Source: Welwitschia mirabilis (taxonomy: Eukaryota). Taken from it: a DNA stretch of 35,929 bases. Under the pieces are notes generated by a model. It did no database searches. It worked only from the letters and a program-made list of their open reading frames with translations, and was not told the DNA's origin. Location of the stretch: assembly GCA_051453625.1 (NCBI GenBank), contig JBOZIK010000001.1, positions 11,731,795 through 11,767,723 of the forward strand, written 5' to 3'. The translations under genes and the position numbers were made by a program. Each line of letters begins with the position of its first letter. Position 1 is the stretch's first letter. Shown piece by piece: positions 1 to 12,466 of the stretch.

Positions 1-11
1 TGTGTGTTTGT

Positions 12-77
<66 letters not shown>
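1..77. repeat. (TG)n microsatellite, runs off window start
   Basis: Direct reading: TG repeats with two TTTG interruptions near the start. Confidence 0.98.
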
Positions 78-79
<2 letters not shown>

Positions 80-399
80 CATCATAAATAAAAACTAATA
101 ATTGAGGAAAGAATCATTAAACTTTAATCAGAGTCACTTGTGAAAGAAGTGCAGTGATAAGATTAATAACTGATCATGTCATGAGATAAGACTATAAGAG
201 AAGTTCAAGTTAACATTATGACTAAGAATGAATTAGGCATCGATGAAGAAGATGCTTAAGGAGTAGAAAGATCACTAGACCTAAACCTACAATGCAAATA
301 CTAAAAGGATGCATGGAGTTCCCATTCCAATGAAGAAGTATCCTATGGAAAAGTAGATTGAGATGGTTACAATGGAGTATTAATGTACCTAGGAGGTGG

Positions 400-1510
400 T
401 GTAGGTACCTCCTAGGATTCCTCTTTCTTCTCTTTACCTAATATCTCTTCCTCCTTGGAATCATTTTTATCCATAGATTCCTTTATAAATTTTTCTTTTT
501 CTATTTTCTCTTGAGCCTCCTTCTTTGTTTATTTCTTTGACTCTTATTCCTCCTTAGACTTTAAGCCTAGAAAGTATAATAGAGTAGTAGGAGATGCTAT
601 TGGTTTAAACAAAAGGAAAAAATGACATAGGTTAAAATGTCTTTGGTACATGACCTGACCTTGTTAACTTCTCAAGGAGGTACAACACCTACTTCTCAAA
701 GTTCTTCTACTCATACATATTAGTATGTAGATAAGTGAGAAAATCTAACATAGGATCTATAAGTCCTTTAGATCAAGTGGAATAATAGTGAGATTCTAAA
801 AAAGGAGTATGAAAAGACTCTATACCTCTACCATGAGGAGGTCTTAAAATAAAACTAGCCTAAAAAAGATGCAAACAAGCTAGTGTAGAGTAATTGAGAG
901 GTCATAAATGTTTTAGAATGATGAAATTATGCTATGATAGAGGAATGCAAAAGAGATGGCATAATTCCATAATTAAGTTGCCATATCGAAGAGTCTCATT
1001 CTTATACTAAATAGTGTATATAAGAAATTTAAAAATGACTAGTGATGGATCTAGATTTTATCATGATTAGAGCCAGTGAAAAGACATAAGTTTATAAGTA
1101 CATCACTAAAAAACAAGTGAAGAGCATGATATAGTACACACTAGGTATTTGTATCTAAATATAATAGAATTTTCCAATCATACTCAACACCACATATATT
1201 TAAAGCATGCTAAAAGCATTGTGGATAGGCAAATCCTATAAATAGTAAATTAGAGACACTAGCTTAAGGAATGTAAAGTACCCATTCAATGGTACTAAGT
1301 ATTACCCTAAATTCCATCCCAAAGATCATGTTCTTCAGCATTAAGTCTATAATGAATATGATCTTTGCATTTACATAGAAAATGCACATGAACTAAACAA
1401 ACAGCTTTGATTAAGAGATGAACAATGTTTTTCACTCTTGATACTTAAATATCTACTTAACTAGGAGGTAAAGGAATTTAAAGGTAAACATATGAATTTC
1501 CCTTTCTCTA
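400..1510 (-). pseudogene. Decayed extra (env-like) ORF of the SIRE-like element
   Basis: Minus-strand translation gives EREIH...YQE*KTLF...FMCIFYVN (FYVN 1369-1380), LDPSLVIFKFL and TLRYGNLIMELC (LRYG 980-991), then an E/K-rich tract. This resembles the W...LV.EFY.N / LPYG..IT pattern of extra ORFs in SIRE and Athila elements. Many stops; boundaries approximate. Confidence 0.55.
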
Positions 1511-2754
1511 AGTATAGTATTCAATTTGAATTTTTTTTTAAATTGTATCTTAGTCTATTCATCCATAGAAGCAAATAAATCAACCTATGTAGAGGTGGAA
1601 GCCTTACCCTTAGCAATGTGAGAGAACATAGGATTCATTTCCACTTAAATCACATTATTAGAATCACTAAGCAATAAGATAAAAATATTATGCCATACTA
1701 ATGAAATGGAATAGTACAAGAGAAGTATAGACATGAGTAATAATAATCTCTCATGATAATGTAAAAGCAAGAAATTAGACAAATATAACTTCCCCTAAAT
1801 ATGTGCATCTCTTTAAAACATAGCCATTGAAAAATCTAAAAATGCACAAAAGGTAGAAAACATGAGAGAAAGTAATTTTATTGACTTAATATATCTTTAA
1901 ATAAAATGTTAATCAAATAATAAAATAGGATAGATTTTTAAACTATCATAAGAAAACATTAACTTCAAAGAGAAGTGCTAAAGACATTTAAAATAAAATA
2001 GTTCACATGAAATTTTAGACAAGTACTTAACAATTCATGAATGGAATCTAAAATCATATAAAAATAGCTTAATCTAGATTAAAAAATATGAAAAAAATTA
2101 AAAAACTTAAGATAAAGTATCAATATTAAGTATGAGAGAAGAAAAATTCAAAATTTATATAAAAACTTTGATCAAACCTATAAAAAATTAAAAGGAACTA
2201 CTGGAAGTTGCTAGTAAGAAGTAATGGATTGCTAATACATTTCTTAAAGGCTAAATAATGAGTTAGAACATCTAAAAAAAAGTGAGAATATGGTAGAAAG
2301 AGAAGAAATTAGAGAAAAATAGAGGTAACAAATGAATACTCATACTGAGAATTTTATAAAAATGCATAGGTTATAAAGTGATTGATCAACTCTTAAAGTT
2401 AGGTATTCAACTATTTTAAGGGTTAATAGAAGAATATGTACAAAGGCAGTCAATCCTTTAAGAATAGTAGCTGACTATCATAATCAATTCCTTACATCAA
2501 AAGGTGAACTATACAAAGACCGTGAAAAGTAAATACTAATGTAATTAATCTAATGGGCCAATATTTGTAATTGACCATTTACAATAGGAGGTTAAACCCC
2601 TTGGATAGAAAAAGGAAAACTTAGAATAAGATAACATTTAAATCATAATAAAAAGTTATAAGAACAAAATTATACAACATCAAGAAAGATAAGATAAGAA
2701 TATAAGAAGAAGAATGAAAGGTTTACAAAGAAAGTAAACTAATATTGAGAAATA

Positions 2755-2864
2755 CATTTTATTAGGATATCAGTCTTTAGAAACATATTCAAACCTACTA
2801 TCCTTAGAATCAACATGATCTTTAATGAAATGGTGATGAATATCAATATATTTGATTCTTGAGT
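2755..2864 (-). pseudogene. Copia RNase H, C-terminal part
   Basis: Translates YSRIKYIDIHHHFIKDHVDSKD, then TDILIKC in another frame; matches copia HSRTKHIDIRHHFIRDHV...ADIFTKPL. Confidence 0.85.
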
Positions 2865-2869
2865 AAACA

Positions 2870-4224
2870 TGTTTATTATTTTACAATGACTAGATTTAAA
2901 CTAAGTTGAAAGCTTACTTATCATTCTGTCCACTGGGATAACTTAAGTAGGTTATTTAAAAGTCACACAAACTTTAACTTGAGTGTAAGTTATAATTAAA
3001 AAAAAAAATAAAGAAGAGAAGAAAAGAATGATTTCAAAGTTTTTTTTAAAACTTAAATTTTGAAGAAGAGAGAAATAAGATAGATTTAAGGTTTTGCTAA
3101 TTTATTTTCTAGCAATCTTTCACTCTAATGTTACCTAATCTTTTCCTATAACACACTTAAGATCATCAAGTATTTTGGGCTCAGATCATGGTGACATAGC
3201 TCATTCACCATATGAGTAATGATGAACTTAATTACCACTTAATCTTCAAAGCCTTAAACAATAATGTAACGTAATGATTCTAAGTACTTAAAATTCATAA
3301 AGCTAAAAGAATTAAACCAAGTAATAAAAGAGATTACTCAATATGAAATAACGATTAATGGTTAAGTTTTCACCTAAGAATTCCAAATATAAAGTAGCCC
3401 ATTATTTGAAATAAAAAATAGATAATTTTATGTGTTAAAAAAAGAAGTATTTTACAAAAATAAAAGAATAATATTGTAGAACTCCTCAAGTAATCTTGAG
3501 GACTAGCTCACTCCATAGAGGATTTCTTAAAAGGCCATTGTGATTAATTATTAAAGCATCTATAATTTTTCAAAGCCAAAGATGATATAATAAAGGGTTA
3601 AAGGCCCTTTTACAATACAAGATGGGGGTGAGGGATGGTTATAAACTCTTAGCTTATAGCATTAGGTAGAAGATTACATAATCATAACATTAGATAAGGT
3701 GGTTCATCATCTTTTTATTAGATAGGGATTCCTATAATAATGCCAACACTTAGCTCTTGGATGCTATATCTATTGCCAATTTTTGTTGTTGTCATGTGTC
3801 TCCACTGTCATCCCATTCAACAATGACACATGTCACTCTATAAATCCTCATCATCATTACCATATCATTAAGAATGCAATTTATTTTTGATGTGAAATTT
3901 TACCAAAACCATAATTTCATTTAATATAATTTTTCATGATAGTTTAGGAATATGAGATTTACACTATTTAGTGCAGAAGAATTAGGAACATTGGTAGCCC
4001 TGGATGACAGTGTTGGTGTTTGAGCTCTAATGATCTTCATTTTTAGGCATATCTCTTAGTTGATCATAAATAATCTAAAAATGTCAAGGGCACATGATAA
4101 GTTCATAATTATTGTACAAATCAAAATAAGACATGTTTTGATAATAAAATAAATTATATTAATGTCTTCCATTAAGGTTAATTAGTCATTTAACTTGATT
4201 GTAATGTCAAATTTTTTATTAACA
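2870..4224 (-). mobile_element. Solo LTR, Athila-like, inserted in copia RNase H
   Basis: Termini TGTTTA...TTAACA. It splits RNase H between SKNIIL (4225+) and (H)SRIK (2864-). Patchy similarity to LTRs 6476-7905 and 12467-13960 (e.g. AAGGCCCTTTTA, ACAGTGTTGGTGTTT, terminal region). Decayed TSD AAACA/AAGTA (3/5). Confidence 0.75.
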
Positions 4225-5632
4225 AAGTATAATATTCTTAGATATGTTTATGACTCTAAAATTGTCATAGATCAGTGTATGATTCATGAATATCAATATT
4301 TTATAAATCATATGAATCCATAAGAGTTAAACAACACAACTACTAGTTACCACATATTCTGCTTCAGTAGTGGATAAGGCTATGAAGGTTTATTTCTTAT
4401 ATGTCCAACTAAGTAAACATGATCCTAGGAATTAACAAAGACCACTCATGCTCTTCCTATCATGCCTACAGTTGGTCTAATTAGCATCACAAAATGTAGA
4501 TAAACCTAATGTAGTATCTTTAGAAAACCAAATATCATAGTTTAATCCATTCTTACATACCTAAAAATTTGTTTAATAGCTTTAATATGGGAATCTTTGG
4601 GTTTGAATTAATAACTGGTACATAATCATATCAAAAATNNNNNNNNNNNNNNNNNNNNNNNNNNNNNNNNNNNNNNNNNNNNNNNNNNNNNNNNNNNNNN
4701 NNNNNNNNNNNNNNNNNNNNNNNNNNNNNNNNNNNNNNNNNNNNNNNNNNNNNNNNNNNNNNNNNNNNNNNNNNNNNNNNNNNNNNNNNNNNNNNNNNNN
4801 NNNNNNNNNNNNNNNNNNNNNNNNNNNNNNNNNNNNNNNNNNNNNNNNNNNNNNNNNNNNNNNNNNNNNNNNNNNNNNNNNNNNNNNNNNNNNNNNNNNN
4901 NNNNNNNNNNNNNNNNNNNNNNNNNNNNNNNNNNNNNNNNNNNNNNNNNNNNNNNNNNNNNNNNNNNNNNNNNNNNNNNNNNNNNNNNNNNNNNNNNNNN
5001 NNNNNNNNNNNNNNNNNNNNNNNNNNNNNNNNNNNNNNNNNNNNNNNNNNNNNNNNNNNNNNNNNNNNNNNNNNNNNNNNNNNNNNNNNNNNNNNNNNNN
5101 NNNNNNNNNNNNNNNNNNNNNNNNNNNNNNNNNNNNNNNNNNNNNNNNNNNNNNNNNNNNNNNNNNNNNNNNNNNNNNNNNNNNNNNNNNNNNNNNNNNN
5201 NNNNNNNNNNNNNNNNNNNNNNNNNNNNNNNNNNNNNNNNNNNNNNNNNNNNNNNNNNNNNNNNNNNNNNNNNNNNNNNNNNNNNNNNNNNNNNNNNNNN
5301 NNNNNNNNNNNNNNNTTTTTGTTGAGATAAAAATGCATCACCTGCTTTTTTCTTGACCCATAATCCAAGAAACATTTGTAGCTTACTGAGATGACTTATT
5401 TCAAAATGATAGTCATAATTTTAGTAAACTCCTAAGACATGGAGTCCATAATCACTCCAAAGATAATTTCATCAATATAAATTTGCATAAGTAAAAAATT
5501 AGAGTTGACATTTTTATAAATAAAGTATTATCTGTTTTACCTCTAATGAAATCATGATCTGAGAGGAAAAAGATTCATTTTTCATACGATGATTTTGGTA
5601 CCTATTTAACTCTATATAGTGAATTTTTTAAA
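4225..5632 (-). pseudogene. Copia reverse transcriptase (C-terminal half) and RNase H, spans an N gap
   Basis: LKNSLYRVK*VPKSSYEK, NTLFIK, LLMQIYIDEIIFG (YIDE = YVDD, 5468-5479) and MFLGLWVKK...FLSQQK. Across the gap: LCTSY*FKPKDSHIKAIKQIFRY, DRKSMSG, ALSTTEAEY (~4355-4381) and YDNFRVINISKN. Confidence 0.93.
4639..5315. other. Assembly gap (677 N)
   Basis: Run of N. Other gaps: 5691-5700, 8400-8409, 8873-8972, 21811-21820, 31968-32184, 33720-33729, 34667-34780. Confidence 0.99.
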
Positions 5633-5636
5633 TTTT

Positions 5637-6470
5637 ATCATACATTTAACTAATATTGATGAGGTTGTTATTTATCCCATTTACATAGAGNNNNNNNNNN
5701 ACACCTTCCACCATTGCTTTTTTATTATCTCTAAAAGTCATAGTTTCTCCATCACATTTGTTCATATTTATGAATCTACTTGTATCTTTTATCATATGAC
5801 TTAAGTAATTACTATCCAAATACCAATGAACATCATTATCGGCTATTAAAGTAGTATCAATGAAAAGACTTTTACATGATTTGTCATTACTCCATTTAAT
5901 ATCAAAATTTAGTTTTTCATTAATAATTTTATAATGAGGTAAAGTCTTAAATGTAAAAAATATATTATAAAATTATATTTAAGTTTAGTAGGACCAAACC
6001 TATTTCATAAAGTGACATATAAGGATCTTTTTACTTTTATTGCTAAATTTAATCTTTTTAGAATAAGGTTTAGCATTACCTGATTTGAGGTTTGAATGCA
6101 TTAGATTTTTACACTTGAAAAGAGATGAAAATTTTCTTGATGAGTTGGCATAAATGAAGAAGAGAGTGGTACAACATATACTAATTTGCTTTTATCATTT
6201 AGTGCTCTTTGCTTAAAAAGCATTATCTCTAAAGACTAGTTAACTATAGAAAACTTTAAGATATTTTTATTTTAATCATTAATTTTTAAAAGAAAATAGT
6301 CACATTCCTTTTCTTTTATTTTAGAAAGGTCTTAAAGATATTAGATATCATTTTCAAATTGTCCTTTTTAATATTCCAAAGTCTTCTTTATAATCTCCAA
6401 ATTAGATGTTAACTACCTTTTTTTATATTTATATTAAGCTATATTTTTCTTCAAGAGAGTATTTTCTTTT
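5637..6470 (-). pseudogene. Copia late gag and aspartic protease
   Basis: HWYLDSNYLSHMIK (~5787-5828; consensus WYLDSGCSRHMTG), GETMTFRDNKKAMVEG, LYVNGINNNLINIS*MYDK (consensus LYVDGLKHNLLSISQLCDK). Possible second zinc-knuckle remnant LICHF near 6010-6022. Confidence 0.85.
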
Positions 6471-6475
6471 AAAAT

Positions 6476-7905
6476 TGTTCACTATGAATTAAGTTATTCA
6501 TTGTAGAAAAAATTATAAATGTTAAATAAACTAACAAGAACCTTCTATTATTCTTCCATAGGGATATTTATGGTAGTCTAATCAAAATTAATACAATTAT
6601 ATAATCTTATAATGAAATAAAACAAAATAGAAAATCCAAGGATTTGAGATATTTTTATAAAATAAAGTTGGTGGTGTAGGAAGATGAATATGCTTAAGAG
6701 GTTTAGCTTGTCTTGTCCAACAATCCATATTTGCTTCAGTTATTTATCTAATTCTTGAAACATAAACTTCAAATCATCAAGTTATGATAGCTTAGGCAGG
6801 ATGACATAATATCATTCAACACCTAAATGTTGATGTATTCAATAGTTACTTTAGTCCTTTAAATCCCTTTATGAACATAAAAAGTAAGTAAAATTATCCT
6901 AATATCTATAACATAATAGCAACTATAATAAAAAATTTAAATTTAGAGAATTCACTTATTCCTAAAGAGATTGATGATGTGGTCTCACTTAAGGATGAAT
7001 AATACCATATTAATGTGCCCTCAAAATCGAAGAATGAACTACTAAAATGTGGTAAACAAGAAAGAGTATCATCAAAGGATTAACATTATCATGTTAATGT
7101 GTACTAGAAATTGAAGCATGAATAACTATTTCTTTTATTAATTCCAAAAATATATTACATCAAGAAAGAAATATTAAGTTAAAGTGGAATCATCAAGTTG
7201 GCTCTATATTAGGTCTGCATCCAAGGGAGGTGATTAGAAAGCCATGACATCTTAATGTTCTAGGTATTCCCACTACATTTTGACAACTATAGATTATTTA
7301 AAATAAGGGCATAAGGCCTTTTTATAGATGAAGAAAGGTTGAGAATCTTTAGCATGTTATTATTGGTGGAAGTTACATAAGAAGGGTTACATTTTTAGGT
7401 GATTACATTAGGAAGAGCTATAGAGCTTGACATGTAGCCATACCATACGGGTGATGACATATCCTCTAAATGATGATGAAGCTACCAATGGATGCCATAC
7501 CATATGTCTTCCATGTAATTATCCTCTTTATTATCACATGTTACTGTAATTTGTCCTTTTATGCTTTAATTTATCATATGACTCAGTCCATCAGTGAAAT
7601 GTGATGACTTTTCCATAAAGATGTGAGAATGTAAGAATGAACTAATTCTACTCTGAAAGACTAACAACATTTGTGACCTAGGTAGTGATGTCAAAATTTT
7701 CTATTAGAATTTTTTAAATTTGTAAAATTTCTTTCAAAGTGTATTAATAAACCTTAAAATGTTAGGATAAAATTCATAATTTCATAAAACATGATAAAAA
7801 AAGGTATAGAAAAACATTTTACGATAAAAAAATTAATTTAATATCTTCAACTATGTAAAATTTTTCAAATATACTAGCTTGGAATTCATTTTTTTCATGT
7901 AAACA
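6476..7905 (-). repeat. 3' LTR of Athila-like element A
   Basis: TGTTCAC...TGTAAACA; aligns along its length with 12467-13960. Confidence 0.9.
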
Positions 7906-7913
7906 CACCCTCT
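7906..7913 (-). promoter_or_regulatory. Polypurine tract of element A
   Basis: Minus strand reads AGAGGGTG immediately before the TG of the 3' LTR. Confidence 0.55.
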
Positions 7914-8479
7914 AATAAGAGTTTTACTAGTCTCTTAGAAAAAACTTGCTAAAGAAATGATATACATGGAAAAATTATCTAAGAAAACTATTCAAGTAGG
8001 GAAATGATATGCTTTGAAAATTTTTTTGATTAATTTTTTAAAAATTAGACATAAAAATAAGAAAAATTTTATGAAAAATAGATGTCGTATCTCCTAACCA
8101 AAACTAAACTTTGTTCTCAAAGTTAGAGATAGTAAAATTTAATATAATGCTTTTGATACGAGTCAAAGTTTTTAACAAGAAAGTTTTGCATTACATAACT
8201 TTTTGTTCTACAAGATAAAAAATTATTTTGATGTAAGAACTTCAAAAGTCTAGGAAAAAATACAATGTGAAAACTTTAAACTAGTATGTAAAAAGTTTAA
8301 CACACTTGAAAATACTCAAAAACACTTTATTGCATATAATAAAATTAAATTTTAAGTCAAAAGATCTTCTTCAAGAGGTTAAAAATTATACCTTATGTTN
8401 NNNNNNNNNCTATCTTTTTTTGCTTTCATAATATTCTCTTCATTTTTTCCCATATATTACTAATCCAAGTCTTATGCTT

Positions 8480-9400
8480 TTATGTTACCTATTCAAAAAA
8501 TGTTTTATAGGATGAGGAAGAAGAGGAGTAAGAATCTACAAGATGAGGACAAGAAGGAGGATAATGTAATGATTCTTCAACAAATTTCTTGCCCTTATGA
8601 CAAGTTGTTGGAGGTACATAAAGAGTTGTATATGGAGGGATGGAATGAATAAGAGATGAATCATGATGAATTTCTTCCTTTATTTGTTACTTTTCTTGTT
8701 GTTCTTTCTATTTTTCTTGTTGTTGTCCTAGGATTCAGCTAGTATTATGACACTCATAAAGTTGGACCATCTTATAATGAGTAATTGTTTTTATGTATGC
8801 TCTCTTTAAATATTAATAATCTAAATTCTAATAAAGGGTATTATGAATGATATCTAAAATAAGAAAAGTAAGNNNNNNNNNNNNNNNNNNNNNNNNNNNN
8901 NNNNNNNNNNNNNNNNNNNNNNNNNNNNNNNNNNNNNNNNNNNNNNNNNNNNNNNNNNNNNNNNNNNNNNNNAATGATATCTAAAATAAGAAAAGTAAGG
9001 AAAGTTTTCTTTATAATCTACATGGTTAATTATGGGTTTAAATAAGAACTTAGCAACGTTAAAGGAATTATTATTCTAGATTATCCTAATGAGGTCTAAA
9101 CGGCTATTATAAGCACTAGTGACATGTGAGATAGATAGCACATCATGAATGGTACATCTAAATAAGGCAAGTTGGTTTTTATGTAAAAACATAGATGAAA
9201 TAATGCCTTCTTTATTAGAAGCACACTCTACATCTAAGCTATGACAACACTATTAAAACATTTTTACTAAATCAAAAACAAGATGGTCTAAAAGTTTTAC
9301 CCCTAAGACTACTTCAAAATTAATGAAGGAAACTTGTCTTTCAGTCATCTTTGTAGAAAAATTAGAAAGAAAGAAGAAAAAACAAAGAAAGGAAGAGCAA
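8480..9400 (-). pseudogene. Decayed extra (env-like) ORF of element A
   Basis: MTERQVSFINF...DLVKMF (end of ORF-track 9253..9555), then LDLIRII*NNNSFNVAKFLFKPII...FLTFLILDII, then a P/S-rich tail. Same motif pattern as 400-1510. Confidence 0.5.
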
Positions 9401-10369
9401 TAATAGAAATGAAAGAAAAAAAATGTGAGAGGAAAACAAAAAAAATGTAATGAAGATGGAATTCTAAGAAACATTTTATATAATATGTATAGAAAAATTA
9501 AAAACCTACAAAACATAAGATGTACATTAGTTATGTAGAAGATTAGGAAACACATAAGAAGACTATATGCAGAAGTAATGCATGGGACTCAAATGAAAGA
9601 TAGTGATTCTAATTGTAATAAGAAGTGATGCTAGTTCAAGATAAAATAAATAGCTACATCACAAACATAGTTTCAATTGTGGCATTAAAAAGATGACAAA
9701 CTTATAAGGAAAGAAAAATGATGAGAAAAATACATGGATTTTTACATATTAGGAATGAAATATGACCCTTAAATCATCAAAGCTAATGAGTGGTAAAGAT
9801 GAGTAATAAAAAGGATTGAGGTATGAATTAATAGGTGAGTCTAAGAAAAACACTGTAGTGTTTAATTATCATGTTTTCTCTTATAAAATATCTTGGATAA
9901 AAATGTAATTTAGGAAAAATAAGATATAAAATATAAAATATAATAAAAAACTTACCAATCATGAATCTAAAAGATAGAAGATCTACATTAATGACCACTT
10001 TATTAAAAATTTTGCAAATTTTATTCTAATTTTAAATAGGTAATTACAAAAAAAAAAAGGTATCTTCTAAATGAACCTGTAAAAATCTAAAAATTAGTTA
10101 AGAAAATATTCAAGTACTTAAGTTAAAAAAAATAAATCACACAAGCATCTTCAAATCCCACCTTTTCTTTCTAATTTTTACCTTTTCTAAATCATACATG
10201 TTTGTTGTTTTAAGCATTCATATCGAACTAAGATTCTAGTATTATAACATCTTCATTCAATAGAATTAAGCATGAAGTTTTATGAAAAACTTAGTGCTAC
10301 ATTACTTGTGAGCATTTATAGCCCTAATGAAGTTGAACATATCATAAAATAAATCATTAGAGATGCATT

Positions 10370-11330
10370 ACTAATGAGTCAATGATTCCTCTAATGGAAT
10401 GGATGATAAAGGTTTTTATGAATTTAATGATAAAGGAAATGAAATTATTCATTAATAACATGATTTTGGTCATGGGAATTATTTTGTTTCTAAGAAAATT
10501 AGGGATGATTCCTCCACTCTAGTTTATAAGTATTTAAATAAGGATCATTTTTACTATTTTGACATAGGCTTCTTATTAATTTATTCATTGATATTATTTT
10601 GAAATATGAATATAGGTAGATAAAACATTCAAGTGTGGAATTCAATGGTTTAAATGGTGTAGAAAGGATCTGTACTCTTTTTGATAATTCATTTATTTGA
10701 TTGTTGGTGTCAACATTTTCAAGATCTGAAAAATAGTGGTAGATATAATAAATGACTTTGATCCTAGTTGTTTAATGGATTTTTCCTAGTTCTTAGAACT
10801 TTTAGCTATTATTTCAAGGTATTCCCACACTTTATCTAGTGGTATACTAAGGAAACTATGTATATTTATCATCTCAATTAATTATCTATTATTGGTAGAT
10901 AGTCCATCGTAAAAGAAGCTAATATTTCTTCCTAGCTTAAATTTATGTTATGGGCATTTTTATAGTCTTTAGATATCTCTCATAATTAGAAAAAAGCTTC
11001 ATGATTATTTTATTTATATTTTATAATCACTTATCTTAGGGGATTTGTTTTTTGATTTGGAAAATATTTGGAAATAAAAGATTTACTCAAGTTAGATCAT
11101 TTTTTAATTGATAGGGGTTTAAGGATGTACATCCAAGACTTAGCTTTTTCTTTCAAGAAGAATGGAAAAAGGATGAATCTCATGATATTGCAAATGTTAG
11201 GGCATTGTGAAAGGGTAAATAACACACATTCAAATTCTTTAAGGTGTAGATAAGGAACTTTATATTCTAAGCCATGAAAGTAAGGTAATAATTAGATAGT
11301 GAATGGCTTAAATTCTAACTTTCTTCCTAT
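10370..11330 (-). pseudogene. Athila-type gag, C-terminally truncated
   Basis: LLPYFHGLEYKVPYLHLKEFE...RFILFPFFLKEKAKSWMYILKPLSIKK*SNLSKSFISKYFP (~11060-11290), and NDPYLNTYKLEWRNHP(N)FS (~10490-10550; consensus NTYNPGWRNHPNFSW). Confidence 0.92.
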
Positions 11331-12442
11331 CAACACTTAGGTTATGCATGGGAGTGCTCTTAAACATTATGGTTGTAAATAGTTATAAATGGTTTGTTTA
11401 AGAGAATTAAATTGATTTTGTGATTTTTTATGACCAAGGTTTTTAACTATCTCTTGACTAAGGTAGTAGGCATTTAGATTGTCTATTAGCTCTTGGTTTA
11501 ACTAAGGTATACTAAAAGGACATTGAAAATTAGATTAGGCATTTCAGTTTTATTAGGATGTAGAGGTTTCTTTTCCTTATGGGGTTTTATTAGGTTGGTT
11601 TTCAGAAGAAATTCTTTCTTCTTCATTTCCTTCAATGATAAGGTCCATGTTATTAAAGGAGTTTTTAATTAGTTAATCTATTTTATCAGGGATCCAAGAC
11701 ATGCAAGTTTTAGACTTGGTTTAGATAGGTTTCAGGTAGGACTCAAATGATAGACAATTTTAAATAGGTTATAGAAGATTTAGTTTTAATTTTATAAGGT
11801 TCTACTTTGAGACACTAGTAATGCCAATTAAGGAACATGGTATAGTCAATTAAATTAGTAGTTTTATTTTGGGAAACAAATAACAAGTGTAAAATGATTA
11901 TGTAAAATATTTAAACTCATAGAATGATAAAAATATTTTATAGAGAATAAAAATGATAGAAAATTAAACTAAGCTAAAACCTAAGAAAAATAAATATTAA
12001 ATGATTTTAATTTTCTAACTTTTATTAGAATACAATACAAAAAATAAAATTTATTTAAAAGATTGCAAAAAATAAAAAACATACACAACATTAGAGTTTA
12101 AATTTAGTTTTTTGGTTTCAGGATCTCAGTTTTAGTTATAAACTATAGAAACATTATTGTAACAATAGCATAAAATATTAGACATAGATATAAATTTTAG
12201 TATTAAATTAGAAAAACTAGATAAAAAACTCAAAGATAGAATCAGTCTAGGTTTCACTAGAAATAGACTAGCACCCACCATTGGAAAGAAAGGAAAATGA
12301 AATAAACCCTTAAAAGAAAAGAAAAAAGACTAGCTTGGGTTCCTTAGAAGAGAACCAATACCAACCACTAAAAAAACAAAAACTAAACTAAAAATTATAA
12401 GAAAGAGAGATTATGCAGTTTTGAAAATCTACTATGCCAATA

Positions 12443-12460
12443 TCCCCAGCAATTGCATAA
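12443..12460 (-). promoter_or_regulatory. Primer binding site (tRNA-Asp type, decayed) of element A
   Basis: Minus strand TTATGCAATTGCTGGGGA versus Athila consensus TGGCGCCGTTGCCGGGGA (12/18); 6 nt from the LTR end. Confidence 0.75.
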
Positions 12461-12466
12461 AAAATC

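Noticed and set aside
388-416. 10-bp inverted repeat CCTAGGAGGT/ACCTCCTAGG as a MITE or terminator
   Set aside because: Short and isolated, in Pro-rich decayed coding sequence, with no TSD.
1270-2640. Plus-strand Tat-like gag/integrase (FNGT...PKDHV; GP motif)
   Set aside because: Only scattered short matches; the minus-strand reading as the copia 3' region and extra ORF explains the region better.
4626-5375. Long ORFs 4626..5375, 4631..5368, 31805..32224, 31920..32198, 31959..32195, 34638..34823
   Set aside because: Their length comes from N runs; the real portions are TE fragments or noise.
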